A DNA stretch of 64,000 nucleotides from Thalia democratica. Its lineage: Eukaryota. Numbering within the stretch: position 1 is the first letter of the stretch; each line of letters starts with the position of its first letter. Both the position numbers and the translations under genes were made by a program. Below the pieces are notes generated by a model, which was given only the letters and a program-made list of their open reading frames with translations, did not search any database and was not told where the DNA came from. Location: positions 14,818,001-14,882,000 of the forward strand of contig OZ241827.1 in the NCBI GenBank assembly GCA_965202585.1, read 5' to 3'. Of the stretch, positions 10,811 through 22,787 are shown in pieces.

Positions 10811-13800
10811 GAAGTTATCCAAGGAGTTGTATAAGAAGTTGTCTGAGTACTCATCCAAGTAGATATTCAACTATGCCAATGTTGATATCGAACTAGTTAT
10901 CCAAGTACTTTGTATCCAGGTAATTACCCAGGTGTTGTAATTAAAGTATTTTTAAAATACTTATCTAAGAAGTTTTTATCCAACCAGTTGTAATCAAATT
11001 TGTTGTTACTGAAATGGATATCCAAGCATCTATCCAATAAATTGTTATCCAAGTTATAATCAAAGTTGCTGTTATCCCATTTTTAACACAAGTAGTTCTT
11101 TAGTAGAAGTTTTCAAAACTGTTTTCAAAGCTGCTATCCAAGTAGTAGTCATCCACATAGTCAAACCAGTATTATCCTAGTAATATAGAAGTGTTTATCC
11201 AAGCAGTTGTTAGCCAAGTAGTAGTTATTGAAGCATTTATCCAAGTAGTTATAAAGGTAGATATCTAAGTTACTATCATTCAAGCAACTGTTATCAAATT
11301 AGTTGTTATCAAATTTATTTTTTCAAAAAGTTATCGAAGTGATTATCGAGTTAGTTAACTAAGTTGTTATATAAGTTATTACCAGAGTAGTTGAAATCCA
11401 TGTTGCTATCCAAGCAGTTATCCAAGTAGTTGCCCAAGTAATTAACAAAAAAATGGTTTAACAAAATAGTTGTCCATTTAGTCATTAAACTAGAAAATAA
11501 AGCATTAGATTTCGAATTTGTTATACAAGTCGTTGCTATCCAGGTTGTTTTCTAAGTTGTTATCAAGTTAGCTACCCTAGCATTTGTCTAAGCATTTATC
11601 AAGTAGAAGTAATCGATTTTTTTTATCAATGTATTGTTAGCTAAGTAGTTATCAAAGTAACTATCTATGAATTTATCTAATCAGTTATTTAAGTAATTAT
11701 CCAAATAGTTATTATCTAGGTGGCTATCCAAGTAGTAGTTATTCAGGCAGTTTTTACCCAATGAATTAGTATAAAAATAATTCTTGTCTAAGTAATTACT
11801 ATTTAAGTAGTTTTTATCGAAGTACTTGTTATCTAAGTAATAAAGAAAGTAGTTATCCCAATGATTATCACAGTATTTATCTAAGTAGTAATCAAAACAG
11901 TTGTTGTTTGAGAAGAAGAATTAGCTATCATAGTAGTTATTATCCGAGCAGTTATCCAAATAGTTATCCAATCAGTTTTCATCCACTTGGTTGTTATTCG
12001 AGTAGTTGTTATCTAAGAAGTTATCCAAGTAGTTATCAAAGAAGTTATTGTTTAAGTTTTTCTTAATCAAGGATTAGCTATCCAAGTAGTTATCCAAGCA
12101 GTTGTTATCCAAGTTCGTGACCAAGTAATCGACCATATAGTTATCAAAGAAGTTACATAAGAATTTTTCAAATAAGTTGTCCAGGTAGCTATCCAAGTTT
12201 TTGTCCTAGAAGTTTTCAAAGTATTTAACAAGGTAGTTGTTATTCAAGTTAAATTTCAAATAGCTATCGTAGAAGTTATCCAAACAGTTGTTATCGAAGT
12301 TGGTATCAAGTGGTTATCCAAGTAATTATCCAAGTACTTATCCAAGAAGTTGTGATCCAGGTATTTATTAACCGAAAAGTGTTTATTTAAGTTGTTATCA
12401 AAGTAGTTGCTACCCAATTAGTTATCCAAGCTGTCATTTAAGTAATTATCCATGTAGTTTTCCATGTAATCGTCCAAGTTGTAAAACAAGTAGCTTTTAT
12501 ACAACTTGTAATCATATGTTTTGTGATTCAAGTAAAACTATTTTAAGTAGTTGTTATCCAAGGAGTTACTATCGAACTAGTTATCCAAGTAGTTGCTTTT
12601 CAAGCAGTTATCCAAGTAGTTGTTATTCAAGTAATTATCTAATTAGTTATCATAGTAATCAATTTAGTAGTTATCCAAGTAGTTAAACAAGCAGTTTCCA
12701 TCCACGTAGTTGGAATCAAAGTAGTTTTTATTTAGGTAGTTGATACCTATGTAGTTTTTATCCAAGTATTTATTATCCGAGAAAGTATTCAATCAGTCAT
12801 CCAAGTAATTATCTAAGTTGATACCATGGTATAGTCATGCAAATTGTTATCCAAGTTGTTACCCTATTAGTTTTCCAAGCAGTTATTCATGCAGTAGTTA
12901 TCTAAGCTGTTATTAAAGTAATTATCTAAGTAGTTGTTATCCGAATAGCTGTCAAAGTTAACATTGAAGTATATATACAAGTAATTGTCATCCAAATAAC
13001 TACCAAAATAGTTGTTAATCAAGTTATTGTTAACTACTTAGTTGTTATACTAGTTTTTAAATAAATGACTATCAAAGTAGTTATTGATGTTGTTGTCCAA
13101 ATAGCAGTTCTCCAAGTATCTTTTATCCAAGCTGTTGTTATCAAAGTAGTTGTACAAGAAGAAAACTTATAATTTGTTCAAATAGTTGGTCAAGCTGTTT
13201 TTGTATTCAAGTAGTAGTGTATCCAAATTTTTAGCAAAATAATTATCCAAGTAATTGTTATTTAAACAGGTATCCAAGTAGTAGTTATTCATTAACTAAA
13301 TTATTAAAATTTTTATCCAAGTAGTTCCATGTACCTTTCCAAATTATTATCCAGAGAGTCAAATAACTAGCTGTCTACGAAGTTCTTCAAATAGTCATCC
13401 TAGTAAGTAACCGAGTACTAGTTGTCCAAGTAGTCATTTAAACGATTGTCCAAGTAATAGTTATCCAGAAATTTGTTATCCCAGTAGTTCTTATCCCAGC
13501 ACTTATTCAAGCAATTAAGTAGTTTTCGAAATAATCAGCCAAGTAGTATTCCAAGTATATATCTGATTAGTTTTCCGAGTAGTTGTCATCCAAGCAAGTA
13601 GCCAAGTAGTTATCCAAATAATTGTCTAAGCATTTATCCAAGTAGTCGGTATACAGTTTGTTCATATCCAAGTAATCATCGAAGTAGTCATCCCAATTGT
13701 CATTCAAGTAATTATCTAAGTAGTATCCAAGCAGTTGTTATCTATAAATTTCATCCAAATTGGTAAATATCCAAGTAGTCTTTGTCCAAATAGTAGTTAT

Positions 13801-13850
13801 CTAAGCAGTTATTTAAATAGTTCTTACAAAAAAGTTGTTATCTATGAAAA
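10811..13850. repeat. Degenerate (GT)TATCCAAGTA(GT) satellite, ~3 kb, unit 1
   Basis: Very many imperfect 12/15-nt units (tatccaagtagt, tatccaagtagttgt). The minus strand reads as N-Y-L-D(-N) repeats with frequent stops. Confidence 0.9.
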
Positions 13851-15229
13851 TGTAGACTTAATAAAAGTAAAAATACAGATTTTATGTAAAACAAAATATA
13901 AAATAATAGCAGTTTTTTAAACAAACTTATCAAAACTTCTACAATGCTACTGTTCAATATATTTAACGCAATATTATATTTTTAGATATTGTTCAAAAAA
14001 AAACATGTCATCTTATTAAGTTTTAAATACTATATTTGTCAAAAATTTTGTTAAGTGTAGTTTCGTAGATTTTGGTGTTTAACAGTACATTTAACTGAAA
14101 AATAGTAGTGCATGTTAAGGATCCAGTATAAAATTAGAAGTATATAGAAAACGCTACTATATATTGTAGTATTAAGAAATCAAAATAGATTCATATATTT
14201 TTATGTAGTAACTTTTAAGCCTTCGATTTATCATTCTTAATGTTATAATAAAACAAAAATATAATATAAAACTAAAATATTTTACGCAGATTTATTGGAA
14301 CAATTATACTGTATTAAAATGGTTTCGTTTATGACCTATTTGCTTAAACAATTTAAGTTATTGCAATTTAGAATTTTACTTCATGTGTATGTTAAGGTTT
14401 ATAAGCATAGTTTTCTTTTTTATCCATCTTTAAAAAAAGTAAAAAATTAAAACAGACTTTTAAATAAACTGAAATAACTTTAACTAAAAATGTGTAAAAG
14501 CATATACTATAAAAATTGATTTTTCACAAAACAAATTCATAAATTTTTTTACAATATTTGTTTTTCTTTTATTCATAGCAACTTATTTTAACTCAAAGAC
14601 AAACTTTACACCTTATTACCTCAAACAATTATTTAGTAGTGGAGTATTTTCGTTTATTTAATGTTTTATTGTGAAATATTTACAGAACTTTTCTAAAATA
14701 AGTGTTGTTTTACATAAAAAAGAATATAAGATATGAAAGGCGTTGGCTAAGGGTTAGGTCTTGCAAATTTCAATAAAAACATTTTAAAATTGTCGTTATA
14801 TGTATTAGCAAAAAACAAAAGTAGTTTTATTTTTATTACATAATTAAACTTACTTATCGTTTTAGTTTAAAAATTTAAATTTTAGTGAAGTATACCACTA
14901 GACTAAAGTTGGTTTAATTTATATATATATATATATAACTATTATGGCACTTCAAACATAAAGAAACAAAATTAAATAATTCTGTAAGATTCAAATAAAA
15001 TAACCCAGTATTTAAGTAATTATGTTTTATTGATATATATATTAACAATTTTACACCAAATATATGCACATAAAAATTTTCCAAGTAATGTAACAAGTAA
15101 CGTAACAATCAATATTAAAATAACTATAATAAAAGAGAAACAAATTTAGGTTAAACAACCAAGAAAAACTTAGGCTACTAACCAGCTTGTAACTAATAAA
15201 TATTCAATCAAAACAAAAACATTTCAAAA

Positions 15230-16336
15230 CTATTTTTTCAGCAGCTTTTCACTGTATTCTTTAAAATTGTTTACAAATTTAAATTTTTTTTCTCTTTTCA
15301 CTCGCTTAATTGGCCATTAAGCATTTTGGAGTCTTATTAATCTAGCAAGCTCATTTAATTTAATCAGTTGTAATAAGAATATAATCAGTGTTGCTAGTGT
15401 TGTTGAGTTCTAACTCACTTTATAGAGGTTTTAATCGTGATCATTGCTTTGCATGAAACACCGTGTTGAATAAAAATCTCAATCTGAAATTGTCTTATTG
15501 ATGTTTATTTTTCTTACAATCGTCCAGTATTTCCTCAATTATGCCAAATGATCTTGGGTGTGCTTGGAATACTATTTTTACAACAATCAGTTCGTCTTTA
15601 CACTTGGTTATTTTGGCACGTAAGCTTGAAGCAACGAATAGCTGATTTTCTATACCTGAATCTAAAGTGTTTTCAGTATGCAAATTAGTGTTAAAATCAA
15701 GCTTCTCAGCATTTCTGTCGTTTTTTGATTCACTAACTTCAGAGCAACTTTGAGCATTTATACCAGAAGAACTTTGTTTTCTTTGTTATTTTTGCTTATA
15801 CTTACTGCGGTTTCGGCTGCGGTAAAACTAGTCTTTTTTTTTTCTTTTTTTCTCGAAACTTCATTCAAGTTGCTCTCCTCTACATTTTTATTAAAATGTT
15901 TATCTTTCTCAGTTTCACTCTGTGCCTTAGCATTTTTAGTTCTACAACAAATATCAATTTTATCCGATTCCTTGTCACCCTCTTTTTTGGGCACAACTGC
16001 TGTTGATAGGTGGCAATCGCCGCCAGAGTTGTCAACTGGATCATGGCAAATACAAGTGACGTCATCTGAAGACTATTTAACTACTTGACTGTGTTTAACT
16101 ACACTTGGTTTCTTACTAACAAGTCTGTGTGTACACTTTGGTTCTGGTTTCGGATTTGTTGGGAAATTCCGATAAGACATTTTACTGTTCTTATCATCGC
16201 GATCAGTATTACCAACAGACATTTTACTTTTCTTTTTTGAAAAGTAACGAACAACAACGAACAGTGTCGTCAAACCAATAAGTACGACCATAAATTCACA
16301 AAAACTGATGTAAAGTTCAAATGAAGTCCTTATCAT
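15230..16336 (-). pseudogene. Paralogue A1 of the signal-anchor/helical family
   Basis: Starts MIRTSFELYISFCEFMVVLIGLTTLFVVVRYFSKKKSK (ATG at 16336). In-frame TAG at 16073-16075, 4-bp deletion versus A3 near 15775, and further disruptions. The end (KFVNNFKEYSEKLLKK*) is homologous to D. Confidence 0.8.
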
Positions 16337-18251
16337 TTTATTTGCTCGAACAAACTGCAAAATAACAAGTCCAAAGTTTAATTTAGAGTTTGTCACAAAA
16401 AAAAAAGGTAAATAGTTTAATTTAATGTGATACAGAACAACTTCTTATATTTAAATCTAAAACTAATAATTAATAAAAGTTAATTGTTGGTTGACTGCTT
16501 CTCATTATTGATAAAGACTTAAAAGTTTTAAATATTTATATAATTCTTATTTTTATTTAACTTACTTTAATTGAATAAATTCTACAATATAACTTTTTTT
16601 AAATGTTTTTTCACAAAAGTGCTTATCAAACAAAAACAATATAAATTTTAGTTTATTTTTAACAAAATTAAACTTTTATCTACCTTATAAAACAATGATT
16701 TTATAAAGATAATCATAAAAAAGAAGTTTTTAAAATTTAACTGGTCCAAACAAATTTACGATTCTCATATATAATAAGTGGGTTGCCTTTAATATTTTCA
16801 AAATAATTTTATTTTTTAGAAAATCTTAAAAAGTAATATAACTTTTAAAATGATTATATTTAGTAAAACAATATTGTCAACTTTATTATGAAGTATTATT
16901 CAAACTTGTCAACTTTGTCTTCTATTTAGTTTTTCAACATTTTTTCATAGTTATCTCATAAATTAAATTTAGTTTCCACTATACCCTTATTTTTAACTAA
17001 ATAGTTGAAATGACTTTACACCATAATCAATAATCATAATGATGATTACATTGTTGAAAGTTATAGGAAAAAATAAAACATTCAAAGCAACAGTTTGTTT
17101 TAAATGGTAGTTTTGGATATCTTTAATTTTTTTATAAAAGAAAAATGTAAAAAAAATATAGGAATTTAACATTGCAAGGTTCTTAAGCAAATCAGTTTAT
17201 TTTTGTCTTTTTTTGTTTTAAATTAATGCTAATAAAACTTATTAAAAGTTTATATGCAATTTTTGTTATTTATATGCTTAGAAAAGAGCTGTAAAAATAA
17301 AAGGGTTTGATTAAAACATATTTGTTAATGTGTTAACTTTATTTAAAACTTTAATGAACTATAATATACATATAGCGATTAAGTTTATACATAAAAATAA
17401 CGTTTTGAAGCAAGGTAAATTACTATAAAGTTTTTATAAAAACGTCATTAGCTGTAACCATATACGTAGATTAAAAAATTAATCAAAAATTTTTGTTTGA
17501 TTAAAAAAAGGTTGTCTTGTTTTAAATGGAATTATAATTATATAAAATTAAATTGACGGAAGTTCAAAAATTAGACACATTTCTTAATAGCCCTAATTTA
17601 ATTGCTAAATTATTTGTTTTTTTATCTGTTGCTGTCTTACCGATAATTTTATTTTTAAATTTACAAAAGGTGACATAATATTGAATAAAGCTTAATAGAT
17701 ATATTCATTTGAAAGTTTTCATAAAGCTTATGGTAACTTTTAATACTGATTTAATTTCAAAATAATGTTTGAGTTTTCTTACTATTTGAAATTTTTAGTT
17801 GAAAGTTTTTAAAAATTTTTCAATTTTGTGGTAAATTATGTTCAAATGTTGAAAGCAAATGTTTATTACATATTAATAATACGAAAAAATAACAAAAAAC
17901 TGATCATTTTTCATACCAACTTTTCGATATGTAGAGCTAAAACTTTAAGTTTGTCTGGTTAATTTTAGTTTTTTAAGAATATAAAACAGTTGAAAATTAC
18001 CATCAAAGTATAATTACTGCTTTGATTTTTTCTTATATTATTTAACATTGTACATTTTTCAAAAATAATTAAAAGTCATTTTAACGATTTAGTTAAAGAA
18101 ACTGCTACAAATTAAGAAGTTAAAATCTTTTTATTAAACAAAACATTTGTATTGTTAACTGCTTTAAAATTTAAAAGAAAATATATGATGTAACGGGTTT
18201 TTAGTAGAAAAATACTTTATATCCTTAATCATTTTATTTTGTATTTTTGTT

Positions 18252-18829
18252 TGCCTGTCATGTTCTGATGTTTTGTTGCATCAGTATTTAGTTTGAAACA
18301 TTTCGTCATATGATTCTCATTGGCTCGTACATTCAGCCGTATTAATTCTAAATATTCTCTGAGCTCAACTTAAAACAATAAATAATGCAAGTATTATTTA
18401 TTCAAAATTTTCAATTTTACAACATATGTAAAAAGTTGCATTTCTGAAATGTTTATTTCATAGTTTAAATGTGAACAAATGTAAATAAGTCACGTGTACA
18501 AAATGAGCCAATCACGGTAGGTGTTTAATTTGAACTGACGAAAATGACTCTTATTAATTTACACAGGGTTTGTTTTTAAAAAAATACTTTTCAGTATGCT
18601 CTTTTATACTAACTAGATCCGGGTCCGGCCGGACCCGGATCCGGACTTTTTTTTTTCAAATTAGAATATGGCCGGAACCGGATCCGGACTTTTTTTACAA
18701 ATTAGAATCCGGCCGGAACCGAATCCGGACTTTATTTTTAAATTAGAATCCGGCCGGATCCGGATATCAGACAAAAATGGCAATATCCGGCCGGACCCGG
18801 ACCCGGATAGTGAGTCTGGTACATCACTA
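18252..18829. mobile_element. 5'-truncated copy of the right ~590 bp of the 671-2424 hAT element
   Basis: Matches ~1835-2424, including CCGG subterminal repeats and the right TIR (ctggtacatcacta). No left TIR or TSD found. Confidence 0.85.
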
Positions 18830-18891
18830 GTTCCAAACGTAACAAAATTTTTAACTCGTACAAGAATAAATATAATCGGGTTTGATTATAT

Positions 18892-19222
18892 AGTGGGAAA
18901 TGATCAAGTAGAAATTATGTAGATGGGAATTAATTCGGGTGGGAAATGATCGGGTGGGAATTGATTTTGGTGGGAAATGATCGGGTGGGATTTGATCGGA
19001 TGGGATTTGATTTGGGTGGGATTTGATTCGGGTAGGATTTGATCGGATGTGATTTGATTAGGGTGGGAAATGATCAGGTAGGAAATGATCGGGTGGGATT
19101 TGATTCGGTTGGGATTTGATTCGGGTTGGATTTGATTCGGGTGGGATTTGATTCGGGTTGGATTTGATCGGGTGGGATTTGATTCAGGTGGGAATTGTGC
19201 GGGTGGGAAATGAACGGTTCCC
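18892..19222 (+). repeat. G-rich 15-16-bp minisatellite (GGGTGGGATTTGATTC / GGGTGGGAAATGATC)
   Basis: Roughly 18 tandem imperfect units with strong strand asymmetry, ending in gggaaatgaacggttccc. Present only in unit 1. Confidence 0.88.
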
Positions 19223-20904
19223 ATTAAAAACAATAGGTAAACTTTTCAATTAATAAAAACATCGGCGAAAGTCTGGACTTTCGTATGCTGTGAGACAAGC
19301 TCAAGTTTAACAAAAGGGTTGATAATACTAATTCGATCATCAGACCACAAGCCTTCGGTAGACTTAGATCGGTTTCGTTCTTATTATGACTCACCTGTTA
19401 GTCACAACTGTAAAACTTGCACCCTTCAATTTTCAAACGGCTTTTACATGAAAGAACCATTTGCTGGTATTGATCAGTGACGTCAGCACTGTTAATTACC
19501 GTGCAACGTTTAAGACATTGTTCACTAGGCAAGACATCTGGTACGCTTGTATTAAACACGATCAACAAAAACATCAGCGACAGCCTTCAGAGCAAAAGAC
19601 GTATTGTTGGAATTTGAATTGTTATGTATGAATTTTTTATTATCTAATTTCAAAATTAATATAATGAACTATCAATGAAAGAAAATATAATGCTTACTTG
19701 TACTATCACAAGCTATGATAGGTAGTATAATTTTATTGATTGCATATTTAAATGTTGGTGTTTACTATATTTAACTGTTTTGTTTTTAAACCCTTTTAAC
19801 TAATTTTTGTGTTTTAATTTTTGTTTCTAAGCATACCTTTATTTCGAATGTTTTCTAAGAATCTGTAAAAGCCTAAAACTGAAACGTTTTATTTTCAAAT
19901 CTGGATTTTTAAATTGCTTAATCATATAGTATTTTAAGTAATTTATTTAAAATAAAGACCAAAAATGTTAAAATCATTTCCTTACACGTATTTTGTACAA
20001 CAATAGAGTAGTTTTATTAAATCATCTATGTTTTTTTAATTTAGTGATAAGATTTTGATTTGTAATTTTATAGTCTATATGGTTACTGCATAATAGTATG
20101 ATTTAATTCTAGATATATCGCATGCAAAATATATAAATAATATTTATTCTTAAGGACTTTTTAGATTTGTGATTATATGAATTTAAGTTTTTTGTAGTTT
20201 TTATGTACTGTAACTGCGATTTATTTTCAATCAAGTTAACTTATAAGTTAAAAAATACAAACAGTTTAAGGTGTAGAAAGCGTTATTTAACTTCATAATA
20301 GCTTATATTTGCAGTAATTACACAAGTATATTACCTTTTTTACTAAGAAATCATTTGTTTTCATTAATCATAGAATAGTAAATAGGGCTCGCAAACTAAG
20401 TCATAGTTTCGTCAAAAATATTTGATAAAAACTTATTGATACGCTTATAACAATGTATATACATACGAAAAAACCATTTGGTTTTATTCGAAACATGCTT
20501 TTTCAACTAAAAGTATTTGCTGAATTCAAAAAAAAATTATAAAATATTAGTTGGTTTTTTTGAAACATAAATAGTAATTTTAGAAATTAAAAAAAAAAAT
20601 TGATTTGAAATAATTCAAATGTTTTTATAATCCTAATTCCTGCAGTACCTTAATATATTGTATCTTTTATTATTTTTTATTAATCGATTATTATTAGAAT
20701 TAAGTTAAGGTTATTATGAATAAAGCAATATTTTTTAAGTACTTTATTGATCATATATCATCCGCAATAAAAAAAGAGAAACAATACATCAACAACTTAT
20801 AAACAAAAAGGTCCAAATTTACAAAGGTCTTTACTAGAACATCAACTGCAGTAGAAGATGGAGGTAACTCCATCCGAAACATAATGTAGGTGTTCGTTTA
20901 TTTT

Positions 20905-22787
20905 CTACTGTGAACTGAGCTTTAAGGAGTTTACCATATCTTTACTCAAAGTGTTAACTTGTCCAACTAAGTCTTTCAATTCTTTAAGCTTGACTTCCTT
21001 CATCAAATTTAAAGATAAGACTTCAACTTTTTGGTTCATCTCAGAAACTTTATCATTCCATATATTTTTTGAACTCAGGTCTCTACTAATTTTAAGTTGA
21101 TTTAAATTATGTGGTTGATACTCTTTAGCAGCGACAACCAGACCAGTAATATTTTTCAAAAATTTGTGGTATTTGACTAAGTCTGATTCAATTTCAATAA
21201 CCTTTTTTTTTCTAAGGTTTTTGTTTAAGTTTAGACTCTCAACAACTAACTTTAAAGCCTCTTTTCTGATTTTAACAGTTAAAATAGAGAAGTTTCTTAA
21301 TTTCTTTCCAAAATTACTTTTAACAACTACTTTATTATTTGAACGTTTGTTTTCATGCTTAAACGCTTTGTTAAGAAGTTTATTTATACGATACTTTTCA
21401 TCTTAACTAGATTCTTTTTTAAGTTATGGAATAGCGTAAGAATTTCACCAAAATAATTTTCTTCTTTTTCAAGTTTATTTATCCCTAAATCTAGCCTATC
21501 AGTAAGTTCACAAAAACTATTGAAATTATCTTCAGAATTTGATTTATCTAGTCTGTTATGACAACCTCTATCATTGGCTGAAGAATTTATAGGATTATTT
21601 TTCTTAAATTTTTCATTTCTTGTTATACCCGACTTTTCTAGTGCAGTACCTTTGTTTCGACAAAAGGAAACATCTTCTGGACTCATCTGTGTTACAAAAC
21701 TTGTACTATTGTCCTTACAACCGAATTCTACAGAATTTAAAATGCAACCATGTTTAGGATTGTTCTCACGTTTAACTTTGCTTTTAGTTTCTTTAACTTT
21801 TAAACGTTGTGCATTTTTAATTTCAGAGTAATTATCAACACAATTTTTCGTGCTATTAATTAAAAAACCATTCTTAGACTTACTCTTGTTTTGAAGACTT
21901 TCAACTTCTAAATGTTGTTCATCATCAATTTCAGAGGATTTATTCACGGAATTTTTGTCACTATTATTTACAGGATCTTTCCCTGAGTTTACTTTGCTTT
22001 GAAGACTTTTAACTTCTAAATGTTGTTCATCACCATCTTCACAGGATTTATTCACAGAACTTTTGGTGCTATAATTTACAGGATAATTTTCAGATTTAAC
22101 TTTGCTATGAAGACTTTGAACCTCTAAATATTTTTTATCATCTATTTCAGAAGATTTATTCACAGAATTTTTGATGCTTACATTTACAGGATCTTTCTCA
22201 GATTTAACTACGTTTTGAAGACTTTCAACCTCTAAATTTTGTTCATCACCATTTTCAGAGGATTTATTCACAGAATTTTTGATGCTTTCATTTACAGGAT
22301 CATTCACAGATTTAACTTCGTTTTGAAGACTTTCAACCTCTAAATTTTGTTCATTATAAATGTCAGAGAAACTTTTATCAGAGTCTTCAGGCATGACTTT
22401 ACTGTTATTCTGATCAGACTTAATTACTGTCGGTTGATGAGAACCACTGAGATTCGCAGAAAATAAAATTTCGACGGAGCCGTTCACTGACTTAACATTT
22501 TTAGAGCAAGAAACTACAGGATTACCTTTCACAGCCGTACCTGTTTCCACCTCATTTTGCTTTCTGTTGACAAAACTGTTGTTATTTACAGACAATTTTT
22601 TGGATTGAGATGAACCTTTTTGGTCAGACGTAGAGTTTTTATTATCTATTGAACTGTAGTTTTCAGTTAGTTTACCGCCATCTTTATACTTCTTTGCATA
22701 TAAATAAACAAGTGTTGCCGACAAACTAATAACTCCAACCATCAGTTCACAAAAACTGACAAAAAGTTCAAATGCAACTGTTATCAT
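20905..22787 (-). pseudogene. Paralogue B1 (signal-anchor, five 36-aa repeats, helical C-terminus); frameshifted
   Basis: ORF 21384-22787 ends KMKSIV* where B2 and B3 read KMKTRERINN (4-bp loss near 21390). The downstream frame continues to LKLSSQ* at 20905. AATAAA on the minus strand at ~20743-20748 is conserved in all three B copies. Confidence 0.82.
21813..22352 (-). repeat. 108-bp (36-aa) in-frame coding tandem repeat in B1, 5 units
   Basis: Unit EQ(N/H)LEV(E/K)SLQ(N/S)(E/K)V(K/N)S..DPVN.S.KNSVNKSSE(N/I)(G/D)D, read directly from the translation. Confidence 0.9.

Noticed and set aside
18668-19233. ORFs 18668-18922 and 18904-19233, and the tail of 2333-2530
   Set aside because: Translations of transposon subterminal repeats and the G-rich minisatellite; periodic low-complexity peptides.
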